Part shown: positions 11,201 through 18,439 of the stretch, piece by piece
How the letters are laid out: every line of letters starts with the position of its first letter
Numbering within the stretch: the stretch's first letter is position 1
Source: an uncultured Candidatus Poseidoniales archaeon
GTDB lineage: Archaea > Thermoplasmatota > Poseidoniia > Poseidoniales > Thalassarchaeaceae
Length of the DNA: 64,000 bases
Assembly (NCBI GenBank): GCA_902593945.1
Contig: CACJKA010000006.1
Span: 3,471 to 67,470 of the forward strand
Reading direction: 5' to 3'
Program-made: the position numbers and the translations under genes
Notes under the pieces: model-generated
Told to the model about the DNA's origin: nothing
The model's input: the letters and a program-made list of their open reading frames with translations, nothing else
Database searches by the model: none

Positions 11201-12733
11201 TCAATAGGATCTTTTGCAGGTTCATCTCATGGCTCAACAGGTTCTTTGGACAAAGGAGAAACTAGAGTTATTGATGTTACAATAAATCCACCGGGTGCAA
11301 TGATTCCTGCAGGAACTTTGTTTTCAGGGTCAATTTCTATACATTCTAGAGTTAGTTCAGAATCTTGGTTTGAAGACATAACCATGGTGGTTGAGAATGT
11401 AGATGTCGTTACTTTAACTCCAACCTCTGATGGATTAGAGCCCGAGGTTTCTGCAGATGATACATTAGAATGGGATGTTAATTTTAATAACCAAGGAAAT
11501 CGAGATCTAGAATTAACCCCGTATGTTCTTTCTACACCAAATGGATGGTCGTTAACAGGTACTCAGAGCTCATTCACTGTATTGTCTGGTGAGCAGTTTA
11601 TATTGCCTCTATCACTCAATGGCAACGGTCTTGCTAAGAGTGGTGAATTAAAGATTCGATTTGTCACAGATGACGGGTTTACAGTTGACTGGAATAGAAC
11701 AATAGATGTTATCTCTGGAGCGATCCCTAACATTGACTTTTTCCAAGTTGCCTTACCTGATGGAACTTCTGCGAGTACTCCATTAGGTGTAGATGCCCAT
11801 CCTGTAGGGGGGATTGGATTTGACCTACTATGGAAGGTTTCTAATTCTGGAACAATGACTTGGAGGCCTAGCGTTTCAATGGATTTACCTGATGAGGAAT
11901 GGCAATATTCGTGTTCTAGCGACCCAACCATAATGGTCGATTCTACAGTCACAGTAATTTGTAATGTAATCATTCCCTTATCTGCAGAAGCAGGTTCTGA
12001 ACCATCAATTTCACTGATATTAGACGGCGGGGGAATCGTATCGCAAGATACAATTTCTCTTTATGTTGAAACAATTTCTAAAGTGAGTTGGACCATTACT
12101 CAACAATTTGATTCTCCTCAAGGTTTCAATAATGAATTACATTTGGAACTGCAGAATGTAGGTAATTCTGATATTTCAGAGATATTAGAGATAACCGCCC
12201 CTTCCGGTTGGAATGAACTAATTTTAGATAGTCAATGGGTAAATTTAAGGCCCGGAGAAACTAGATCTGTGGAAATAGGATATAATCCTACAAAAAGTTC
12301 GGATGGAGTCATCACTGTCTCTCTTTCTAATTCAGATGTAATTGAAAATTCAAAAATAGAAGTCGAGATTGATGTACTATCTAACGGGAGTTCTGAAGAT
12401 ATCAATTTGACAAATATTCTTTTGATAATTCTAATTATGATTCTATTAGCTGGAGGTTTGGGTTTAGCTATGTTCTTGCGTAGAGGAGGAGAGATTCAAT
12501 CTTTAATTCCTGAGAAAGTAGTTGAAAATTTGACTCCAAAGGAAGACGAAGAAGTTTCGAGTGGAGTTCCTTGTTGGATTTGTAGTGTTGATATTACCAT
12601 AGGCAAGGCTTGGGCCTGTTTAGAATGCGGTGCAAGGTATCATATGGATGGACAGGTACAGGGTTGCAGTATCATTGAAAGAGGAAATTGTTTGCATTGT
12701 GATGCAGAGATAGATCAACTCACAGAAGTATGA
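8267..12733 (+). CDS. Membrane-anchored S8 (subtilisin-like) serine protease with CARDB/Ig-like repeats and C-terminal C4HC3 zinc finger
   Basis: Catalytic motifs AVGDSG, HGTHVA, FAAGNE, SGTSMATP; CARDB motif (IDPNDEVEEVSESNN); TM helix near the C-terminus; Cys-rich tail. ATG 8267 gives a signal peptide. Confidence 0.92.
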   Translation: MTKRTVCLILGLFLLSYIPATDFFEEPEESFGANMDDKIERVEISPNPNSITDLGAPVIADSFELVRSENADSSIGVFTHSGLIPSVYFSEDIATTRADLALVIVDGNTGLWDARMELMEINGLEIRSTIPPSGYLVQGSEEQLNELKNIRSVESIHNVPAGLMVHSSLYDAPADQSLVVEITGWKNSDLVRQLDVLGDNLQDVADLWLTEPWSPDSGIFWGEIQTNDIPKIIKHPSVSYIAPVPVLELMNNEARDHMGIDTVEDFFITGLNGSGQKIAVGDSGLDDDHGDFTGRVAGLDSVTPGDSSTADLSDGHGTHVACTVLGSGMRSNGNYQGIAPEADLYFQAMEDDDTGALYSIGINSMLNEAYNAGARLHTNSWGSPTGGDYTTSSEDADDRVSTWDQYWQYQGMTVLFAAGNERNDGISSPGTAKNVITIGGHVNRYNGAPDDMYYWSSRGPTDDGRIKPDLVAPGDYVRSCKSQEASSASGSWSNNWYLEYSGTSMATPAAAGAAVLVREYLMEVASRPAPQAALIKALLILGAEDMGARNIPNNDEGWGRVNLVNTLVPDSDVGIFVDDRSRLSSGQISDYSFEITRAGEPLKVVLAWSDYPGSSSSSTQLRNDLDLEITNPNGLIYKGNVFTNGQSVTNGQKDSKNNVEVVLVDNAMVGTWSVRVKDASHGGSSFYQSYSLAVRGVNVNDLDPDPTFVQDSFDLSVPIPQIDEEVEFSVSLINQGAGSIPELSVLAAVNSVTISTKTISLSPGEYAELTWNWTPNQDGENIISFYIDPNDEVEEVSESNNQLFETVIVSVPGVRVTSDNPTMLIEGTTDSSTTWSLELTNTALFETNASIVVSEPVRMQDGIEFDWFSSFSNNTFNLMPAESTSVDLSVIHPAPPEPGLYRMIVTGTDTENQVQSEFELYLEVPLLSSPDILLPPGQVKVNPLVSTPLQIEVKNEGNGPQTYDVELISPSGWSLGLDSIGSFAGSSHGSTGSLDKGETRVIDVTINPPGAMIPAGTLFSGSISIHSRVSSESWFEDITMVVENVDVVTLTPTSDGLEPEVSADDTLEWDVNFNNQGNRDLELTPYVLSTPNGWSLTGTQSSFTVLSGEQFILPLSLNGNGLAKSGELKIRFVTDDGFTVDWNRTIDVISGAIPNIDFFQVALPDGTSASTPLGVDAHPVGGIGFDLLWKVSNSGTMTWRPSVSMDLPDEEWQYSCSSDPTIMVDSTVTVICNVIIPLSAEAGSEPSISLILDGGGIVSQDTISLYVETISKVSWTITQQFDSPQGFNNELHLELQNVGNSDISEILEITAPSGWNELILDSQWVNLRPGETRSVEIGYNPTKSSDGVITVSLSNSDVIENSKIEVEIDVLSNGSSEDINLTNILLIILIMILLAGGLGLAMFLRRGGEIQSLIPEKVVENLTPKEDEEVSSGVPCWICSVDITIGKAWACLECGARYHMDGQVQGCSIIERGNCLHCDAEIDQLTEV

Positions 12734-12798
12734 GAATAGCATATTTTAGTACACGACAAACACGAAGCCCTTAGAGGGAAGATTACTCCGGGTCAATC

Positions 12799-15468
12799 AT
12801 GAAGAGAGCCGATACAACTCGCTTGGTTCTAATTTTATTGTTACTTTCTTTGATCCCTCCTGCTGTATCTGCGGCTGTAGATGTATCAATTTCAGCATCT
12901 CCTACGTCTCAAGAAGCGGACTCCGATAATCCTGCTGAATATGACATAACAGTGACAAATACAGGTGATGACGACATTACTGTAACTCTTACCACATCCC
13001 AAGCTGCTGATTGTAATGGTTTTACTTCAAACGTAGAACAAGTTAGTGGAACAATCGAATCAGGTTCTAGCGAAACAGTCCTCCTTACAGTATCTGTGAA
13101 TGAACAGGCTAGTGGTGAATGTGAAACTACAGTTACAGTATCTGCAACAGGAGCAACTCCTGGTCAACCAAAAACCGATGACGTAAAAGTCACTACTACT
13201 GCGGGAGATGGAGGGCTATATTCCGTAACTTTGACTGTTGATGATCAGACAGTAACTTATGATGGCGAAGAGGATGAAGTAGTTTGGGAAGTTGATGTAG
13301 AGAATACTGGTGAACAGCAAGAAAATATACAACTTGAAATGAGCTCTGATAATGATTGTGAATCTGATGAACTAGACGCAACCGTCAACCCGACTACTGT
13401 TCAGTTAGACTCTGGAGACTCAACAACAGTTGATGTTACAGTAGATTTGCCTGATGGCTCATCAACAGAAGCTGGAATCCATTGTTTCATAATTAAGGCT
13501 ACAGTAACAAATGACCCTAATGCTGCAGATCCTGCTGAAGACAATTTAACTTTAACAGTAAATATCCCTGAAGTAAAGGAATGTGACCCCTCATTACAAT
13601 TCACATCCATGAGTTTGAATCCTGGTGAAACAGGAAATAATAGATTTACCGTTGAGAATATTGGAAACACAGAGTGGACAGTTACAGCAAAAGCAGTAGC
13701 AGATAATTTTGATGTCTCGGATTGGGTTGATTTTTCACCACCTTCGAATGCATTACTCGGTGAGAAAAATACTGCAGATGACAGACATACATTTGAGTTC
13801 CAAGTAACACCTGATGATTCAGTGGAAGCAAGTACCCAAGTCCCAATAAAAATACAAGGTAGATCAGGTACTGATGTCGGTTGTGAGAAGATAATGACAT
13901 TAAATGTTGGGCAATCATATGATGCTTCGGCATCTTTGAGTAAATCCTCTCTTTCCAATGTTGAACCGGGTACTTCAAAATCTGTGACTATGACAATCAC
14001 TAATGAGGGCAATGGCGTTGATACAATCCAAGTTAATGCAGCAAATGTTCCTTCTGGTTGGCAAGTTTCATTTTCACAATCATCTGTTACGCTTGCAAGT
14101 GGGAATCAAGGTAGTTTGACTATTGATGTCGCTGTACCTGAAGGTGCTGATGCAGGTTCAGATAGCATTACCTTCAATGTAGGTCATGGAGGAGGCTCTA
14201 CGCCTTATGACTCGAAAACTCTAACGGTTTCTGTAGCCCAAGTTCATGATTTGAGCACCTCTATTATTTCAGACTCCCAGAAAGGTAAATCAGAGCAGAT
14301 TATTAGTTTCCCGATTGAGATTACAAATACTGGAAATGTGAATGATAATTTCAAGTTACAAGCCTGTGATCCAAATGACGTAACGGGTTGTAATGATCCT
14401 CTATGGGAATCATCTTTTTCCAATTCTCAAGGTTCCACAATTACTCAAATAAACATTGAATCCGGAGCAACAAAGACGGTTTATTTGGATGTTACAATTG
14501 AGGGAGAAGAGAATGGGGACAGGGCATCAGTTTCTGCAGTCATAACTATCTTTGGAACGGACAAGTCTTCATCTCATGAGTTCACAATTTCAGTTTCAAA
14601 CTTTAATTATGGTATGAGTATAACACCGGTTAGTCCCGGAGAAATTCCTGATGAATTACAAGTCCAGCTTCCGCCCGGCGGAATAGGCTCTGTTTCTTTT
14701 TGGGTTGAAAATATTGGCGACTTCCCTAATGGTGATAATGCTGTGATTACAGTTACTGGAATGGAATCTACCGTTCTGCGTACTTTGAAGGTAAGTGGCG
14801 TAACTACAGATGAATCATTCCATGTTGATGTAGGACCTGAGAATCGTGTAATGGTGACGCTTGATTTCGAGGTTTTAGAGGGAGTCCAAAGTGGGGCTTC
14901 TGGAATGATTAAGGTTTCAGCATCTTCAGAACTTAATGCTATAGAAAGTACACATGTAGATCTATTAGTTGATGTCATCACTATACATGATCTCAGGTTC
15001 ACTATCGAAGAAGAAACTTCCAAGACTGTTACGTACCCTGAGAAGGCAATTTTCACAATTTTTGTTACTAACCATGGCAATATTGAAGAAACTGTTGTTA
15101 TTGAATCTTCAGAAGCACTGAGATTCTGGTCTGTCAATGCAGTTGAAGATGAATTCAAATTGGCTCCTGGTGAAACAAGAGAAGTAGAAGTTCGAGTAAC
15201 TCCTCCTAATGATTTAATCCAAGATGATACTTATGATTTTACAATTATTGTAATGCCAAAAGGACTTCCGGTGGCGGGGCAACCTCTAGACCTATCTGTT
15301 ACTGCTGAGATTTCTATTGGGATATCTTTCCTCTCTGACGACATGGTCCAGATTCTAGGCTGGGGAGGTATCTTAATCGGCGGACTGCTCGTCATTATTC
15401 TTTTCCTCAGGTCTAGGAAAGAGAGCCAAAGAATAATGAAAGCTCTTGAACTTGAATCCGAACGTTAA
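12799..15468 (+). CDS. Secreted COG1470/NEW3-like repeat surface protein with C-terminal TM anchor
   Basis: Signal peptide; about 7 Ig-like repeats marked by (V/I)xNxG(N/D/E); PSGWQVS motif; C-terminal TM followed by a basic tail. Confidence 0.8.
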   Translation: MKRADTTRLVLILLLLSLIPPAVSAAVDVSISASPTSQEADSDNPAEYDITVTNTGDDDITVTLTTSQAADCNGFTSNVEQVSGTIESGSSETVLLTVSVNEQASGECETTVTVSATGATPGQPKTDDVKVTTTAGDGGLYSVTLTVDDQTVTYDGEEDEVVWEVDVENTGEQQENIQLEMSSDNDCESDELDATVNPTTVQLDSGDSTTVDVTVDLPDGSSTEAGIHCFIIKATVTNDPNAADPAEDNLTLTVNIPEVKECDPSLQFTSMSLNPGETGNNRFTVENIGNTEWTVTAKAVADNFDVSDWVDFSPPSNALLGEKNTADDRHTFEFQVTPDDSVEASTQVPIKIQGRSGTDVGCEKIMTLNVGQSYDASASLSKSSLSNVEPGTSKSVTMTITNEGNGVDTIQVNAANVPSGWQVSFSQSSVTLASGNQGSLTIDVAVPEGADAGSDSITFNVGHGGGSTPYDSKTLTVSVAQVHDLSTSIISDSQKGKSEQIISFPIEITNTGNVNDNFKLQACDPNDVTGCNDPLWESSFSNSQGSTITQINIESGATKTVYLDVTIEGEENGDRASVSAVITIFGTDKSSSHEFTISVSNFNYGMSITPVSPGEIPDELQVQLPPGGIGSVSFWVENIGDFPNGDNAVITVTGMESTVLRTLKVSGVTTDESFHVDVGPENRVMVTLDFEVLEGVQSGASGMIKVSASSELNAIESTHVDLLVDVITIHDLRFTIEEETSKTVTYPEKAIFTIFVTNHGNIEETVVIESSEALRFWSVNAVEDEFKLAPGETREVEVRVTPPNDLIQDDTYDFTIIVMPKGLPVAGQPLDLSVTAEISIGISFLSDDMVQILGWGGILIGGLLVIILFLRSRKESQRIMKALELESER

Positions 15469-15497
15469 CTACTAAGTTGAGGCCCACTGTTAGGTTA

Positions 15498-15548
15498 CAC
15501 TTATTGCCCTATTTTTAGTGGGCCATACTAACGGTCCCGAAGGGACCG
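15498..15548 (+). promoter_or_regulatory. Putative nuo operon promoter motif CACTTATTGCCCT plus 5' hairpin CGGTCCC-GAA-GGGACCG
   Basis: The 13-mer is identical to one upstream of the sdh operon; perfect 7-bp stem at 15532-15548. Confidence 0.6.
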
Positions 15549-15552
15549 GGTT

Positions 15553-16014
15553 GTGAGCCCTATGACATCCGTCTCCGAAGCCTATCTTGCACTAGCAGTA
15601 ATGACTTTGGTTGGTATCGGTTTTCCAGTAGGAAGTTTCGTAGCTTCAAGACTTTTGAGGCCTGTTGTTGATCCAAATAATCCAACAAAAACTCGTTCCT
15701 GGTTACTTCCTGGTTATGAGGTAGATCAATCATTATATGTTCGTCGTGAGAGTACCTATGAGTGTGGTTCTGCACCAGTTGGTGAGGCACACATTAATTT
15801 CCACTTTCAATACTACTGGTATGCAATTATATTCTTAGTATTCGATATAGCTTTTATGTTTCTAGCATTTGGTGGAATAATATCCATACAAGATGTTGAC
15901 GTTACATCTAGGGCTGAGATTATGGGTGCTTTGACTACAATGTCAATCTTCATTTTACTTATGGGCCTAGGGGTTTGGCACGTATTCAGGAAAAGAGGAA
16001 GAATATACATTTGA
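15553..16014 (+). CDS. nuoA: NADH-quinone oxidoreductase-like subunit A
   Basis: STYECG and QYYWYAIIFLVFD motifs; 3 TM helices. Confidence 0.95.
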   Translation: MSPMTSVSEAYLALAVMTLVGIGFPVGSFVASRLLRPVVDPNNPTKTRSWLLPGYEVDQSLYVRRESTYECGSAPVGEAHINFHFQYYWYAIIFLVFDIAFMFLAFGGIISIQDVDVTSRAEIMGALTTMSIFILLMGLGVWHVFRKRGRIYI

Positions 16015-16023
16015 GGTGGTTGC

Positions 16024-16620
16024 ATGGCAGACGATACACAAAATTATTCTATGTTTAGCAGTAGACTATTAGTCGATACAGTCGGAGATGTTACAGATGA
16101 AGCATTGAAGTCTAGTAGATTGAAAGATGTGATTGGTGTATTAGCAGGACGTCTATTCAATTGGGGACAGAGAAAATCTCTCTTCCCCTTACATCTTGGG
16201 ATAAAGTGCTGTGCATTGGAAATGGCTGCTGCGGGAGCAAGTAGATTCGACGCAGAACGTTTTGGAGTTTTCTTTCGCTCTAGTCCAAGGCAATGTGATG
16301 TACTACTAGTAAACGGACCTATCAGCAAGAAATTTGCAGACCCCATAGTACGTCTTTGGGAACAAATGCCTGAGCCCAAATGGTGTATTGCTATGGGAGA
16401 ATGTGCTATCTCTGGAGGGCCTTATTTTCAATCCTACAATATTCTAGAAGGGGTAGATACAATCATTCCTGTTGATGTATATATTCCTGGTTGCCCCCCA
16501 AGACCCGAGGCTTTAATCGACGGTTTCGGCAAATTGAGAGAGAAAATAATTCGAATTGGCGCTATGCCAAGCCATTCAAGATTAGAAAGCGAAGCTCCTG
16601 TGATTATCGGAGATGCATGA
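16024..16620 (+). CDS. nuoB: Complex I-like subunit B (N2 cluster)
   Basis: CCALEM, SPRQCD, MGECAISGG, YIPGCPPRPE. Confidence 0.97.
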   Translation: MADDTQNYSMFSSRLLVDTVGDVTDEALKSSRLKDVIGVLAGRLFNWGQRKSLFPLHLGIKCCALEMAAAGASRFDAERFGVFFRSSPRQCDVLLVNGPISKKFADPIVRLWEQMPEPKWCIAMGECAISGGPYFQSYNILEGVDTIIPVDVYIPGCPPRPEALIDGFGKLREKIIRIGAMPSHSRLESEAPVIIGDA

Positions 16621-16629
16621 GGGATAATT

Positions 16630-17283
16630 ATGAGGATAGTTTCGGAAAAAGCACAACAAGAGGCGGCTGAGAAATTAGTCGCTTCTCTGAATAAGATGGA
16701 TGGGGTCGAATCATCGTTAGATATTCGTACTAGTGGTACTCAGAATAGACCGATTGTTAATGCATCAGTTTCTCCTGAAAACTGGAGAAAGGTTGCTGAA
16801 CAACTCAAAGAAAAACATTTGGTTGACCATTGTTCTATGATCACAGGTATTCATTGGCCGGAATCTTCAGATAAGAAATGGGAAGTTGTTTACCATTTCT
16901 TGAGAACAGGAATTAGAGATCCTGTTATTGAAGAAGGCCTTGTAATACCAAACATTGTCGATTTTTCAAAAGTAAAGGGCAAGAATGTTCCTTTAGAAAT
17001 TCAAATCAGTGTCAAGATTGGAGAGACAAGAACGCCTTCAGTGGCTAGTGTGCAAGACCTTTGGGTTGGAGCAGATTGGAATGAAAAAGAGACTTGGGAC
17101 TTAGTTGGTATTGATTTCGAAGGACATGATGGAATGAGGAGAGTTCTAAATCCGCATGAGTCTCCAGTCGGTTTCCATCCGCTTCAGAAACAACATAAAT
17201 TACGATATCATGGATTCGAAGAAATGTACGATGACGCTCAAGGTTTTATGCGTAAACCAGTCGATTCTAGTAGAGTAAAGTAG
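16630..17283 (+). CDS. nuoC: Complex I-like subunit C
   Basis: ADWNEKETWDLVGIDFEGH...HPLQK. Confidence 0.92.
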   Translation: MRIVSEKAQQEAAEKLVASLNKMDGVESSLDIRTSGTQNRPIVNASVSPENWRKVAEQLKEKHLVDHCSMITGIHWPESSDKKWEVVYHFLRTGIRDPVIEEGLVIPNIVDFSKVKGKNVPLEIQISVKIGETRTPSVASVQDLWVGADWNEKETWDLVGIDFEGHDGMRRVLNPHESPVGFHPLQKQHKLRYHGFEEMYDDAQGFMRKPVDSSRVK

Positions 17284-17292
17284 GTGAAAAAA

Positions 17293-18429
17293 ATGGCAGA
17301 AATGTGGATTTCAATGGGCCCTCAGCACCCGATGACCCATGGTCTTTGGACTTTGAAAGTTAAAGTCGATGGAGAAACGGTAGTAGATACAGAACCTGAT
17401 CTTGGTTACATTCATCGAGGTGTTGAAAAAATATGCGAGTCACGTGATTTCACACAGATTACTACTTATTGCGATAGACTCTGTTATGCATCGGCAAATA
17501 CTTGGTCTCATGCTTACATCTATGCTGCAGAAGACTTACTCGAAGTCGAAGTTCCTGAGAGGGCGGAATATATTCGCTTGGTAGCTGTTGAGATTCAAAG
17601 GATAGCAAGTCATTTGATGTGGCTTGGTGCTTATGGTCCTGATATTGGAAATCTTAGTGTAATGGTTTGGTGTCTACGTGAAAGAGAGATGATGATGGAC
17701 TTATTACAAGAATTGGGCGGTTCTAGGATGCATTATAATTTCCCTCGTATTGGTGGTGTCAAAAGAGACTTACCCCATGGTTTTGCCCTTAGAGCTAGAC
17801 ACAAACTAAAACTATTTTTGGATAGAATCCAAGAATATGAGGCACTTTTTGATGAATCAACTGTATTCTTAATTCGTAGCCAAGGAGTAGGTTATGCTAA
17901 ACCTGAAGAAATGATTAATCACGGTGTTTCGGGACCTAATATTCGTGCAGCAGGAGTAAATCACGATATACGTTCATCTCATCCCTATTCAGTATATTCT
18001 GAGTTAGATTGGGAGCCAGCAGTGGAACGTTCTTCGATAAAGGGCGCGGACTGTTATGACAGATATAGGATTAGAGTTGAAGAAATGCGACAAAGTGCAA
18101 ATCTAGTTCTGCAAGCATTAGATAAAATTCCAGGAGGGGCTGAAACATATCACGAACCAGGAGATCCTAAGATAATTGGCAAGGCCCCAACTCGTGCCCC
18201 AGAGGGCACATCAGGTTCACATCACTTTGAAGATAGTCGAGGTGAATCAATGTTCTACATTGCCGGTGGAGGAGAGGGCCGTGGCAAGATGCCTTATCGT
18301 GTTTCAATTCGTTCCCCTATGTTCATTACAATTCCATATGCTTCAAAGTGCATGATTGGATACAAGGTAGCAGACATTCCTGCAATAATGGGGTCATTCG
18401 ACCCTTGTATCGGCGAGACAGATAGGTGA
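17293..18429 (+). CDS. nuoD: Complex I-like subunit D
   Basis: MGPQHPMTHG, GYIHRGVEK, DRLCY, C-terminal GETDR. ATG 17293 follows GGTGA. Confidence 0.97.
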   Translation: MAEMWISMGPQHPMTHGLWTLKVKVDGETVVDTEPDLGYIHRGVEKICESRDFTQITTYCDRLCYASANTWSHAYIYAAEDLLEVEVPERAEYIRLVAVEIQRIASHLMWLGAYGPDIGNLSVMVWCLREREMMMDLLQELGGSRMHYNFPRIGGVKRDLPHGFALRARHKLKLFLDRIQEYEALFDESTVFLIRSQGVGYAKPEEMINHGVSGPNIRAAGVNHDIRSSHPYSVYSELDWEPAVERSSIKGADCYDRYRIRVEEMRQSANLVLQALDKIPGGAETYHEPGDPKIIGKAPTRAPEGTSGSHHFEDSRGESMFYIAGGGEGRGKMPYRVSIRSPMFITIPYASKCMIGYKVADIPAIMGSFDPCIGETDR

Positions 18430-18439
18430 GGTGATAAAT

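Noticed and set aside
4030-15158. Many 60-200 aa minus-strand ORFs inside the large surface genes
   Set aside because: Ser/Ile-rich antisense shadows with no motifs, fully nested in well-supported genes. The same applies to nested ORFs elsewhere in the window.
16024-18429. Group 4 [NiFe] hydrogenase
   Set aside because: The large subunit lacks complete CxxC pairs, has quinone-site residues, and no maturation genes are present.
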